In this document: positions 1-7,618 of the stretch, piece after piece
Layout: each line of letters opens with the position of its first letter
Numbering within the stretch: position 1 is the first letter of the stretch
Virus record (IMG/VR): IMGVR_UViG_3300022173_000040
Location: 1 to 41,544 of that record
Strand: one strand, 5' to 3'
Source: a virus
Taxonomy: Duplodnaviria > Caudoviricetes
DNA: 41,544 bases
Program-made: the position numbers and the translations under genes
Notes under the pieces: model-generated
Told to the model about the DNA's origin: nothing
The model's input: the letters and a program-made list of their open reading frames with translations, nothing else
Databases searched by the model: none

Positions 1-3
1 GAG

Positions 4-129
4 ATTGCAGGCACTCGCCTGTCTGACCATCTGCCCGCGTGGCAGGAGTGTATGTCGATTGCCATCAACGGCAATACGATGGTGAAGCACCGCATCACTG
101 GCGGCATTCACAGCGGATACCGCAACACT
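4..129. repeat. 126-bp terminal direct repeat (left copy), probable circular-assembly overlap
   Basis: 4-129 is identical to 41416-41541; joining the ends gives one uninterrupted ORF. Confidence 0.95.
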
Positions 130-426
130 CTGGCGGCGGGATGGTCCACCTTCACCGGCCATACGCATCTTTGCGGGGTGACGCCGTGGGTCGATTACAA
201 TGGCATCCGCTTCGGCTGCAGCACTGGCGCGCTCGCCAACATCAACGGCGTGCAATTCCTTTACGCCGAGGATAATCCCAAGCCGTGGATCAGCGGCTTC
301 GCCACCGGCACCTTTGATAAATCGGGCCGCTTGTTCCCGCCTTCTGTCTGTCAGGTGATGGGACCGGACGCGATCTACCGCGAGCAGATTGTCGTTAGCG
401 ACGCAAAGCGGAAGGTCGCCGCGTGA
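4..426 (+). CDS. C-terminal part of calcineurin-like metallophosphoesterase (gene starts at 40843 and crosses the junction)
   Basis: In frame with 40843 across the overlap; carries the VKH and TGHTH metal-binding motifs. Confidence 0.85.
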   Translation: MAGTRLSDHLPAWQECMSIAINGNTMVKHRITGGIHSGYRNTLAAGWSTFTGHTHLCGVTPWVDYNGIRFGCSTGALANINGVQFLYAEDNPKPWISGFATGTFDKSGRLFPPSVCQVMGPDAIYREQIVVSDAKRKVAA

Positions 427-863
427 TCCGCCGGGCTACCAAGGACGACGCCGACGCCTTGGAGGCCATGGACCGCGTTTGCTTTCCCCACGATCACCCC
501 TACGGGCTGTTTCATTGGGACAAGGGCGTCTGCTGGATCGCCATTCAAGGCTCCAGCGGAGAGTTTTATTCGGACCCCATGCCGATCGGCTACATCGCGG
601 CGCACCCGATTCGCAGGGGCGTCTGGTTCTATTCCCGCGTCGGGGTGATGCCGGGCGCTAGGGGCGTCGGGCTCCAGCGGAAGCTAACGGCGACGCTTGA
701 ACGGCACGGCAGGCGCGAGGGCTGGCGCGAGATCGTCACCTATACCGTGGGCCGCAACGGGTTTTCCACGGCCAACATTCTGGCGGCTGGCTATCGGACC
801 TACGAGCCCCGGAAGTCTTACGTCGGCTTCGAGGTGGTCCACATGCGAAAGCGACTGCAATGA
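423..863 (+). CDS. GNAT-family N-acetyltransferase
   Basis: IRRAT..D N-terminus; acetyl-CoA motif A (VGVMPGARGVGLQRKL); N..S.N...GY motif B; GTGA coupling to the upstream gene. Confidence 0.85.
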   Translation: MIRRATKDDADALEAMDRVCFPHDHPYGLFHWDKGVCWIAIQGSSGEFYSDPMPIGYIAAHPIRRGVWFYSRVGVMPGARGVGLQRKLTATLERHGRREGWREIVTYTVGRNGFSTANILAAGYRTYEPRKSYVGFEVVHMRKRLQ

Positions 864-1045
864 CCCTGAAGTCTCTCCCGCGCCTCACCGATGTAAACGG
901 CGAGATGACCCTACGAGTATGGGACGGAACGGTAGACCACACGTTCCCGGTCACAATAGGCCAAGTCGCCAATCTTACCCAAGACTGTGTTGACGCCATG
1001 GCAAGGCGCGCAAGGAAGATGGACGGTAAGGAGCCGGTGCGGTGA
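860..1045 (+). CDS. hypothetical protein
   Basis: ATGA-coupled to the GNAT gene; 61 aa. Confidence 0.55.
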   Translation: MTLKSLPRLTDVNGEMTLRVWDGTVDHTFPVTIGQVANLTQDCVDAMARRARKMDGKEPVR

Positions 1046-1048
1046 AGA

Positions 1049-1196
1049 TGCTGCGTGTCGGGCTTGATACCGACTGCCCACTCCCCAGTGCCTCACTGCC
1101 TTCTCTGCGGCAGGTTTGCAACGTGTGGGGCTCTTCAGGTCATCCAGCCGCTCTTGCGAGCGCCTTAGTCCGCGTGTCCATCCACGCCGCCGCAGC
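1049..1196 (-). ncRNA. tRNA-like structured RNA with a large insert in place of the anticodon arm
   Basis: Acceptor-like GCTGCG/CGCAGC+A; D-like arm GCGTG-GATGGA-CACGC; T-like arm GTCGG-TATCAAGC-CCGAC; internal CGCTC-GCAA-GAGCG GNRA hairpin. Confidence 0.65.
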
Positions 1197-1202
1197 GGGT
1201 GG

Positions 1203-1232
1203 AGCATAGCATGAATACCCGCGCTGTCGCCA
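1203..1232 (-). promoter_or_regulatory. putative sigma70 promoter for the tRNA-like RNA
   Basis: TGGCGA-18 nt-TATGCT with extended -10 TG; predicted +1 falls at about 1196. Confidence 0.45.
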
Positions 1233-1609
1233 CGCTCTTTGCGGCGGTGCTGGCCTTCGGCGCTGTCGTGCAGGTGTTCCTTCCGTTGAAGGCTAGGGCG
1301 CAGCAGCACCATCACGACTTCCACAAGGATTTTTACCGGAATTGGAAGCCGAACGACAACCCCAACACGTCCTGCTGCAATGCGCGGATCGTGGGGCCGG
1401 ATGGCGTCGAGACCGGAGACTGTGAGCCGACCAAGGCCGAGATTCGCGCGGGCGTCTGGTGGGTCTGGGTCCGCCAGATCAACGGCTGGATACCCGTCGC
1501 TGACGCCAAAATCCTGCGGGAGCGCAATCCCAACGGCCAAGACGCGCACCACTGCTGGACGCTAGACCGTGGGACCATCTGTTTCGTGCCGCCTGATACG
1601 GGCGGGTGA
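1211..1609 (+). CDS. secreted/periplasmic Cys-rich hypothetical protein
   Basis: GGAG RBS; signal peptide ending in ARA-Q; SCC...DC...HC...C pattern. Confidence 0.7.
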   Translation: MNTRAVATLFAAVLAFGAVVQVFLPLKARAQQHHHDFHKDFYRNWKPNDNPNTSCCNARIVGPDGVETGDCEPTKAEIRAGVWWVWVRQINGWIPVADAKILRERNPNGQDAHHCWTLDRGTICFVPPDTGG

Positions 1610-1621
1610 GCCGCCGCGCGC

Positions 1622-1853
1622 AGTGTGCCAAGAGTGTGTCTAGCCGCCGTTTGTTTCACTTGAGGCAGGCATATCGACCCCGACGGCTATCGTGTGGAAG
1701 CGTACACTTCATCCGCCCGCTAAGCCACATATCCCGATAAATCAGCATAATCGCGGCTTGCGATTCCGCCCACATACCCGCAACGTCCCGAGAACACGCA
1801 GCGGCGGTGTGACGGGTGTGTGCCGAACCGCTCGACTGTGACGCTGGCACACT
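1622..1853. other. putative attP region with integrase arm-type sites
   Basis: Intergenic, directly upstream of the integrase; AGTGTGCCA (1622-1630) with exact inverse TGGCACACT (1845-1853); further GTGTG(A/T/C)C repeats near 1634, 1807 and 1818. Confidence 0.65.
1673..1723 (+). pseudogene. start-less 3' fragment of a VOC/glyoxalase-family gene (IDPDGYRVEAYTSSAR*), probable att core and replacement gene end
   Basis: DPDGxxxE is the C-terminal VOC motif; in-frame stop at 1661-1663 and no start codon upstream. Confidence 0.55.
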
Positions 1854-1868
1854 CGGGGGAGGGGCAGA

Positions 1869-2897
1869 ATGGCGACGTTCCGGCAACGCGAGGGGCGCTG
1901 GCAGGCCATCATACGCCGCACGGACCTGAAGGCCACCAAGACGTTCGACAGGCTCAAGGATGCCCGCACCTGGGCGACGGCCAAGGAGCGCGCCGCCGAT
2001 ATGGGCGACACGACCGGAGGAACGCTGACGGGCACGCTGCGGCCTGTAATCGAGCGTTACGAGAAGGAAATCTGGCCGACCAAGCGGTGGGGCGCCTCCA
2101 AGGCCAACGAACTGACGGTGCTGAAACGTGACCTTGGCAGCCGCCTGCTGGCCGACCTGAAGCGCACGGTGATCCTTGCCTACCTGAAGGGGCTGCAGAT
2201 CACCCCCGGAGGCGTGGCGAGCCGCCTGAGCTACCTGAAGGAAGTCATGCGGACGGCGAGGGACCTGTGGGGCGTGCCGGTGCCGCTGCCCGAACTCGAG
2301 GCCGCGATCGCCACGGCCTACCGGCAGAAGCTGGCGGGCAAGTCGCAGGCCAGGTCGCGCCGGCCGACGCCGGCTGAGATTGTCGCCATCATCGCCTATG
2401 CCGCCGACCGGAAGCGGGCATCGATCGATCTCGGGGAGATTGTCCAGATACTGTCCGTCCTGCCGCTCCGCATGGGCGAGCTGGTGGGCATCCAGTGGGC
2501 CGACCTGAACGCGGCGCGGCGGTCTGCCGTCATCCGGGGCCGCAAGCATCCCGATATCCGGGTGCGGGAGAGAAACGATCAGGAGGTGCCGCTGATCGCC
2601 TTTGGCGGCGTCGATACCTACGAGCTGATCGCGGGTCGCCCCGAATACCTGCCGAGCCCCTTCCCCTACAACCGCACCAGCGTCACGGCGGCGTTCGGGC
2701 AGGCAACGCTGCGCTGCCAGATCCATGACCTGCATCTTCACGACCTGCGGGCGCACGCTATCTCGACCCTGCTGGAAGGCGGGTTGCCTATCCCCCAGGT
2801 GGCGCTGCTGAGCGGCCATGTGAACTGGAAGGTTCTCGCAAAACACTACTCGCGCATCGATCCGGCTTCCGTGCATGACGCGCTCAGGCGCCTGTGA
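1869..2897 (+). CDS. int: tyrosine recombinase / phage integrase
   Basis: Catalytic residues R (LRMGEL), K (GRKHP), HDLRAH, LSGH, HY; GGAGG RBS. Confidence 0.95.
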   Translation: MATFRQREGRWQAIIRRTDLKATKTFDRLKDARTWATAKERAADMGDTTGGTLTGTLRPVIERYEKEIWPTKRWGASKANELTVLKRDLGSRLLADLKRTVILAYLKGLQITPGGVASRLSYLKEVMRTARDLWGVPVPLPELEAAIATAYRQKLAGKSQARSRRPTPAEIVAIIAYAADRKRASIDLGEIVQILSVLPLRMGELVGIQWADLNAARRSAVIRGRKHPDIRVRERNDQEVPLIAFGGVDTYELIAGRPEYLPSPFPYNRTSVTAAFGQATLRCQIHDLHLHDLRAHAISTLLEGGLPIPQVALLSGHVNWKVLAKHYSRIDPASVHDALRRL

Positions 2898-3087
2898 CGG
2901 TGCGGGCTTCGAGATATTCCTTCACCGCCTCGGTCTTGAACAGCCAGCGGTGGCCTGCCTTCACGTAGGGCGGGAGGTTGACGCGGGCGCGGTTCTTCAA
3001 GGTTTTCACGGTTACACCTAGAACGCCGGCCAGATCGTCCTCGGTCATGTAGCCGAGCTTTTCCAGAACTTCGGTTCTCTCGCTCAT
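2884..3087 (-). CDS. xis: excisionase / helix-turn-helix DNA-binding protein
   Basis: YMTEDDLAGVLGVTVKTLKN...LPPYVKAGHRWLF winged-HTH pattern; convergent with the integrase. Confidence 0.8.
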   Translation of the reverse strand: MSERTEVLEKLGYMTEDDLAGVLGVTVKTLKNRARVNLPPYVKAGHRWLFKTEAVKEYLEARTVTGA

Positions 3088-3296
3088 GGGCGGGGCTTCC
3101 GGGGCTTGGGGGAGGGAGGATCGAGCGTCAGGGTTGCGCGCTCAACATCGGCCCAGTGACGCAGGGCGGCAGCCCTCGTCAAATAGACTGCGGGAACGCG
3201 ATCATATTCACTGAAGGGCATCAGGCGGCCTTTGCTTCCTCGCGCAATCCACACCTTGAGCTTGAGGGCCTTCTTGCTGGCGGGTCGGGGCATCAT
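3084..3296 (-). CDS. hypothetical protein
   Basis: ATGA-coupled to xis; AGGAG RBS. Confidence 0.55.
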   Translation of the reverse strand: MMPRPASKKALKLKVWIARGSKGRLMPFSEYDRVPAVYLTRAAALRHWADVERATLTLDPPSPKPRKPRP

Positions 3297-3322
3297 CTTC
3301 TCCTAGCGTCCATCAGTAGGGG

Positions 3323-3363
3323 TGGCTCACTTCGTTCGCGGAGTCCCACGGCAGTCACCTTCC
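3323..3363 (-). repeat. GA/GA mini-hairpin repeat, copy 1
   Basis: GGAAGG-N11-GGACTCC-GC-GA-AC-GAA-GT-GA-GC-CA. Confidence 0.85.
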
Positions 3364-3366
3364 TGC

Positions 3367-3597
3367 TCATGTTGGATGCACCAGCAACTTCGACAAATCC
3401 TGCAGCGCGTGCGAGCGGCCTTGATTGTAGGCATCGGTCAGGGCGCTGATGATAGCCTCGTGGCTGCGGTCGACCATATAGACGCAGGCTTGGCCGCCTT
3501 GGGGTCGTAGGCTGCCCCAATTCTTCCAGCGCGATTTAATGCAACTGTCTTTATCGTCATAGAAATACTCAAGGTCGGCCTCGGATCGAATGGCCAT
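3367..3597 (-). CDS. hypothetical protein
   Basis: 76-aa ORF with AGGAG RBS; bracketed by repeat copies 1 and 2. Confidence 0.65.
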   Translation of the reverse strand: MAIRSEADLEYFYDDKDSCIKSRWKNWGSLRPQGGQACVYMVDRSHEAIISALTDAYNQGRSHALQDLSKLLVHPT

Positions 3598-3617
3598 GTC
3601 GCACTCCTAGTTCCACA

Positions 3618-3644
3618 GTTCTCCGCGAGCGTCTTCGCGAGCCA
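3618..3644 (+). repeat. GA/GA mini-hairpin repeat, copy 2 (lacks GGAAGG)
   Basis: GTTCTCC-GC-GA-GCG-TCTT-CGC-GA-GC-CA. Confidence 0.8.
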
Positions 3645-3662
3645 GTTCCTTATTCTTCTCTC

Positions 3663-4010
3663 TCATTTCTCACCTTCCGCCTTGGGAGGTGAGGGGAGAG
3701 GCTGCCAGTGGGTCGGGTAGAACGGCATGGCGTTGACTGACCAGCCGCTGATGCTGTCGTACCAGCGCATGAAAGCGGGCGATGCGCCGTCACGTTCGCG
3801 ATACTCACCCCAGCCCAACAGGATCACGCCATCACCCTTCGGCGCGCTTTCGATTGGCATCCACCCCTCTCCCTTGGAGGAACGGAGGCGTTCGATCTCG
3901 TCGGCGGCTTCGCGCATGTGGTCCGCTAGAGTTTTTTCATCGTCAGGCGCCAGGACGATGATCTCGTAACGTCTGGCTATCTCGCGCAGCCGTTCAACGA
4001 TGTCGCTCAT
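3663..4010 (-). CDS. DUF551-like phage protein
   Basis: MSDIVERLR...EAADEIERLR, WMPIESAPK and PTHWQPLPSPP motifs. Confidence 0.8.
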   Translation of the reverse strand: MSDIVERLREIARRYEIIVLAPDDEKTLADHMREAADEIERLRSSKGEGWMPIESAPKGDGVILLGWGEYRERDGASPAFMRWYDSISGWSVNAMPFYPTHWQPLPSPPKAEGEK

Positions 4011-4035
4011 GTTCCTTGCTCCAGTAGAGGAGGGG

Positions 4036-4084
4036 TGGCTACGGCGCTTTGCGCCTTCGCGGAGTACGTCATCGGGGACCTTCC
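4036..4084 (-). repeat. GA/GA mini-hairpin repeat, copy 3
   Basis: GGAAGG-N11-GTACTCC-GC-GAA-GGCGC-AAA-GCGCC-GTA-GC-CA. Confidence 0.8.
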
Positions 4085-4542
4085 GACGCACGGGCGCGCA
4101 GAGCGGCAGCGCAGATCGCCAGTGGAAGGGTGCTGGCAGATGCTTCCCAATGGTTGTCTGGGTCCGCCATGCGTGCGCTTCGTCGCCAATCCCAAAGACG
4201 CGCACGCCTCATGGCGCCGTCTCCAGCGGCGGAGAATGTCGCCTCATAGCTGAAGTGTTCCGGCACGAGCGTCACGGCGGCGTCGAGGCTGGTGGTGTAG
4301 GATGGGACAGCGATTTGAGCGTGCGGCCCAATCCAATTGTCGCCGGGGAAAACCCTCCAGCCGTTCGCCAATGCAATGTCGGCATCGAGGTCGTGGCTCG
4401 GCTCCTCCCGCTCACAGCGATCTGCCAGCGCCAGTAGCACGTCGGAAGGTGACTGCTGAGGGACTCCGCGAGGCGAAGCCGAGCCAGTACCATCCATTTC
4501 CATCGGAGGCGTAGCCGGAGCCACTACTGAATCTTTGCTCAT
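4069..4542 (-). CDS. hypothetical phage protein
   Basis: ATGA-coupled to the HNH gene; PSYTTSLDAAVTLVP and PLAICAAALRAR motifs, recalled as common in alphaproteobacterial phage proteins. Confidence 0.7.
   Translation of the reverse strand: MSKDSVVAPATPPMEMDGTGSASPRGVPQQSPSDVLLALADRCEREEPSHDLDADIALANGWRVFPGDNWIGPHAQIAVPSYTTSLDAAVTLVPEHFSYEATFSAAGDGAMRRARLWDWRRSARMADPDNHWEASASTLPLAICAAALRARASEGPR
4444..4486 (+). repeat. GA/GA mini-hairpin repeat, copy 4
   Basis: GGAAGG-N11-GGACTCC-GC-GA-GGC-GAA-GCC-GA-GC-CA. Confidence 0.85.
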
Positions 4543-4907
4543 GCCATTTTCTCCATGCGCTTTGTCTTCCAAGAATATTTGAACCCGGCGGGTGGCTTGG
4601 GAAAGCCGCTAGCCTTACGGATGCCGCTGGCCTTGTCCTGCTGGCGCTGTGTCTTTGCAGCCAGTGGCGTGTCGTGCTTTGCCGACTTCCACTTGTGGCA
4701 TTTGACGCAAACAGCCGCGCAGTTCTCCAGGCTGTTGTCCTTGGAGTTGGCGTCGAGAATGATGTGATCGAACTCGACCCCATAGCCCAGATTGGCAAAG
4801 CAACGCATGCCCAGCGGCAGGCCGTACATGGTGCCTCGGGCCTCGCATTGACCGCCGGAGCGGCGTAGGGCGTCGCGCTTGGTTTGCCTCTGGAACTCGC
4901 GCCTCAC
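4539..4907 (-). CDS. HNH endonuclease
   Basis: CE...C...EFDHII...N.LENC..VC..CH..K motif; GTGA coupling. Confidence 0.85.
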   Translation of the reverse strand: MRREFQRQTKRDALRRSGGQCEARGTMYGLPLGMRCFANLGYGVEFDHIILDANSKDNSLENCAAVCVKCHKWKSAKHDTPLAAKTQRQQDKASGIRKASGFPKPPAGFKYSWKTKRMEKMA

Positions 4908-5299
4908 TGTGGGTCCTTCCCGAACGTCACGCCGTGCTTGGCGCCGAATATGGAGATCCATTCGTTAAGCGCCGCGCATTGCTTGGTGTTCAGGTCGCTC
5001 GTATGCGGGAGCAGTAGGGCGAACTGTAGCCCGTCCAGGCTCACGATCAGGTCCGGTTGCTCGCCGGTTTCAGTGAGCCACTGGAGGGTCAGGCGGCGCT
5101 TCCACCATTCGACATCGTGAATCTCTCCGGTTTCCGGCGGCCACGGCAACTGCTCGGCAATATCCGTTATTGCCGCATGGAGGCGACGGTTCTGGATGAG
5201 CGTTCGATTCGGGCGCGCGTTTCCCTGCCAGCCTCCACCAGCCGGTCGCGGTCCTCCGGCGTCAACCGCCCGATCAGTTCTTTGTGCTGTCGCCACCAT
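4904..5299 (-). CDS. ninB: NinB/Orf-family recombination protein
   Basis: RTLIQNRRLHAAITDIAEQ...WK...TSDLN..QC..L.EWI..FGAKHGVTF resembles NinB; GAGGA RBS. Confidence 0.75.
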   Translation of the reverse strand: MVATAQRTDRAVDAGGPRPAGGGWQGNARPNRTLIQNRRLHAAITDIAEQLPWPPETGEIHDVEWWKRRLTLQWLTETGEQPDLIVSLDGLQFALLLPHTSDLNTKQCAALNEWISIFGAKHGVTFGKDPQ

Positions 5300-5391
5300 G
5301 AATTTAATTCCTCGTCCGATTTAGCGAAGGCGAGCGCCCAGATCAGGACGCCCGCCAGCGGGTCACCACTGCTCGCCAGTGACGTTCTCAT
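5167..5391 (-). CDS. hypothetical helical protein overlapping the ninB 5' end
   Basis: 74 aa with protein-like amphipathic composition; overlaps both neighbours. Confidence 0.35.
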   Translation of the reverse strand: MRTSLASSGDPLAGVLIWALAFAKSDEELNSWWRQHKELIGRLTPEDRDRLVEAGRETRARIERSSRTVASMRQ

Positions 5392-6274
5392 AGGCCATCT
5401 TCACGCGCTGGAACTGGCTCGGCGCGTTGAACTCAAGCCATGCCAGGGGCGAGACGTTCGATCCCTTGGGGGCCTTGAACTGCTCGCGTCGCCAATCCTT
5501 CACGGCCTCCGAATTGGCCGACAGGTTGATGTTCTCGATCGCGCGCGAGGTGTAGTCCTTGGCCTTGTTGGAGGCGTAGGAGGACAGGAGTTGACCCTCC
5601 TTGTTGCGGAGCGCGTCGGGGCCAGCCAAGCCCTCAACGTCGCCGTCCGCGCCGTTGCCGTCGTCATCCACATCGCCCACGGCGAGGTTGAAGATCAGCT
5701 TGAGCAGGTAGCGTTGACCGTAGCTGGCAGCCGCGCCCGTGGCGTGCGTCCGGGTCATCACGTCGCCGCCCTTGGCCCCCTTGCCGTCCGCCGGCATGTC
5801 GAGCTTGTATTCCTGCCGATGGCCCCCGCGATGGGAGACGGTGCAGAGTACGCGAACTTCATCGGGCTTGGGGGCGTCGCCGGTGTTGAAGCTCAGGGCG
5901 AAGCCGTACCGGGAGTAGATCGGCCGCGTGGCGTGATCCAGTGCCGCATAGGTGGCGTACTTGCTCTTGGTCTGGTTGTTGTCCTTGTCGGGACTGATTG
6001 CCCGCATGGCCTCTTGAGCCTCGGCCATGGCGTTGTCGAACTCGAGCCGGGCGCTGTCGGCCTTCACGCGCTCGTGCATGGCAAGCAGCCGGTCGAGCTT
6101 GTCGATGTCCACGGCGGGGTCACGCGACGCCCGCTCGATGATGTTCAGGATCGTGGTCGGCTCGGGCGAAAGCGCCGGCACCTGAGGCTCCGGCACGGCG
6201 GGCATGGTGCTGGCTCCCGGCATCGAGGTGAAGTCGATATCCACGATTGCGTCTTTGGTCTTTAGTGCGGTCAA
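5363..6274 (-). CDS. erf: ERF-family single-strand annealing protein
   Basis: KSKYA...RP..SRYGF and GAAASYGQRYLL..IFNL..DDDG ERF motifs; GGAGG RBS with TTG start. Confidence 0.9.
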   Translation of the reverse strand: MTALKTKDAIVDIDFTSMPGASTMPAVPEPQVPALSPEPTTILNIIERASRDPAVDIDKLDRLLAMHERVKADSARLEFDNAMAEAQEAMRAISPDKDNNQTKSKYATYAALDHATRPIYSRYGFALSFNTGDAPKPDEVRVLCTVSHRGGHRQEYKLDMPADGKGAKGGDVMTRTHATGAAASYGQRYLLKLIFNLAVGDVDDDGNGADGDVEGLAGPDALRNKEGQLLSSYASNKAKDYTSRAIENINLSANSEAVKDWRREQFKAPKGSNVSPLAWLEFNAPSQFQRVKMAYENVTGEQW

Positions 6275-6318
6275 GATTGCCTCCTACAATTCATCGGTGG
6301 AACTACACAGGCTGCCCG

Positions 6319-6486
6319 CTAGGGCAGCGAACACATTGAGAAGCCCATCAGCGCGAAGAATCCGACGAACAGACATTGCATGATCCAAGTAGAGCGGCGG
6401 AGCGCGGGCGGTTCCTCGATGGTGCGGCCATCCCAGGCGCGGCCATCCCTGTTCTCGCGTATGGCGGTGGAGGGGAGGGGCTTCAT
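6319..6486 (-). CDS. small membrane protein
   Basis: ATGA-coupled; C-terminal hydrophobic helix. Confidence 0.5.
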   Translation of the reverse strand: MKPLPSTAIRENRDGRAWDGRTIEEPPALRRSTWIMQCLFVGFFALMGFSMCSLP

Positions 6487-6881
6487 GACCACGGCTCCTC
6501 GTATTCGCCGGTGAGGAGGACGTACTTCCATTCCTTGTTGTACCCGCCGTTCTCGGTGCAATCGCCCAGCAGCACTTCCGTCACTCGATGGATGTCGCGC
6601 TTTCCGTCGCGCATCGGAATGCAGAGCGTTGCCATCGACTTCACCTTCCGAGGCGGGGGAGGGAGGAGGTCGGCGGGCCGTTCCCGTTCGTCGCTGTACT
6701 GATGACCGCACGGCATCCACTGGGTCACCGAGTCGCCAATGTGGCCAATGATGCGGAAGTGGCCGAAAGGCAAATCAGTTGCGAGAATGGTGGCCGTCCG
6801 TCCGCAGCGCATCGGCACCAACGCGCGGCCCTTCTCGTCCTTCGGATAGTGCCCCGCATCGATGTGTTCCTTGATGTTCAT
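6483..6881 (-). CDS. hypothetical protein
   Basis: ATGA-coupled within the leftward operon. Confidence 0.7.
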   Translation of the reverse strand: MNIKEHIDAGHYPKDEKGRALVPMRCGRTATILATDLPFGHFRIIGHIGDSVTQWMPCGHQYSDERERPADLLPPPPRKVKSMATLCIPMRDGKRDIHRVTEVLLGDCTENGGYNKEWKYVLLTGEYEEPWS

Positions 6882-7243
6882 CGGTCGGCCCTCAGTTCTG
6901 CCGCGTACTCACGGGCGTCCGCGTCATCGGATGCGGCGACCTCGCACGCCTCACAGAAACCGTCATCGCTATCCAGCCACGCCTCTGCGAGGGCTTCCAG
7001 GCTCGACTGCTCCATGTCGGCGTAGGCACCGCCGTATTCGCTGGGCTTGCCGCCGATGATCGGGCGAACGCGCACCAATTCGATCTCGTCAGGGTCGGCA
7101 GGCTGTCCGCCCCTGGCGTAGGACGGGCCTTGCTCCGGTGCGCCCTTGAGAAAGCTGAACACGATCTCGCACTCGACTTCCGCGCCGATGTCGGGGTCTC
7201 CGTGAGGAATGACCGAGATCATTTTGTGCTGGGTGCGCCTCAT
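6878..7243 (-). CDS. hypothetical acidic protein
   Basis: ATGA-coupled; GGAGG RBS. Confidence 0.7.
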   Translation of the reverse strand: MRRTQHKMISVIPHGDPDIGAEVECEIVFSFLKGAPEQGPSYARGGQPADPDEIELVRVRPIIGGKPSEYGGAYADMEQSSLEALAEAWLDSDDGFCEACEVAASDDADAREYAAELRADR

Positions 7244-7617
7244 CGCCGTGCCTCCGCTCGCTTGGTCCAGGTTTCAAACTCGCCCCGCAGGATGCCGTCG
7301 TCGTAGGTGGCTTCCTCTGGTGCGATGCCTTCGGCGTCGAGGCGCTTCTGCGCGTCGCCGTGCATGTCGCTGAGAAGATCGAGGGCGCGGCCCGCGAAGT
7401 CGGCGGCGTGGTCCGCAAAGCACTTGACCGCCTTGGCGTTGTAGGAACCGCGCTGCGCCACATCGAGGGCGTTCAGGTAGTCCAGCGCCGCCCGCTCAAT
7501 GGCGTGCATTTCGTCGGCGGTGTCGTCCCACTGGTCGAGCAGGATGTTGCGACGAAGGCCGGTGGCCTTGGGCTGGCTGGTGTTCCAGAGGGTGTAGGGT
7601 TGATTCGTGTCGGGCAT
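7240..7617 (-). CDS. hypothetical protein
   Basis: GGAGG RBS before MPDTNQ; coupled to the downstream gene. Confidence 0.7.
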   Translation of the reverse strand: MPDTNQPYTLWNTSQPKATGLRRNILLDQWDDTADEMHAIERAALDYLNALDVAQRGSYNAKAVKCFADHAADFAGRALDLLSDMHGDAQKRLDAEGIAPEEATYDDGILRGEFETWTKRAEARR

Positions 7618-7618
7618 G

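Noticed and set aside
4-129. Biological terminal repeat (T7-like DTR) or attL/attR
   Set aside because: Falls mid-gene and far from the integrase; the length is typical of an assembler overlap and the outermost bases mismatch. A physical terminus cannot be inferred
1049-1196. Canonical tRNA or tmRNA
   Set aside because: No 7-nt anticodon loop, no TTC T-loop, no CCA; too short for tmRNA and no tag frame seen
1656-2876. 406-aa minus-strand ORF and similar long shadow ORFs (5057-6265, 16321-17547, 23911-25500, 27763-28797, 30104-31915, 36746-38200)
   Set aside because: Antisense to well-supported genes; expected in GC-rich DNA; no recognisable motifs
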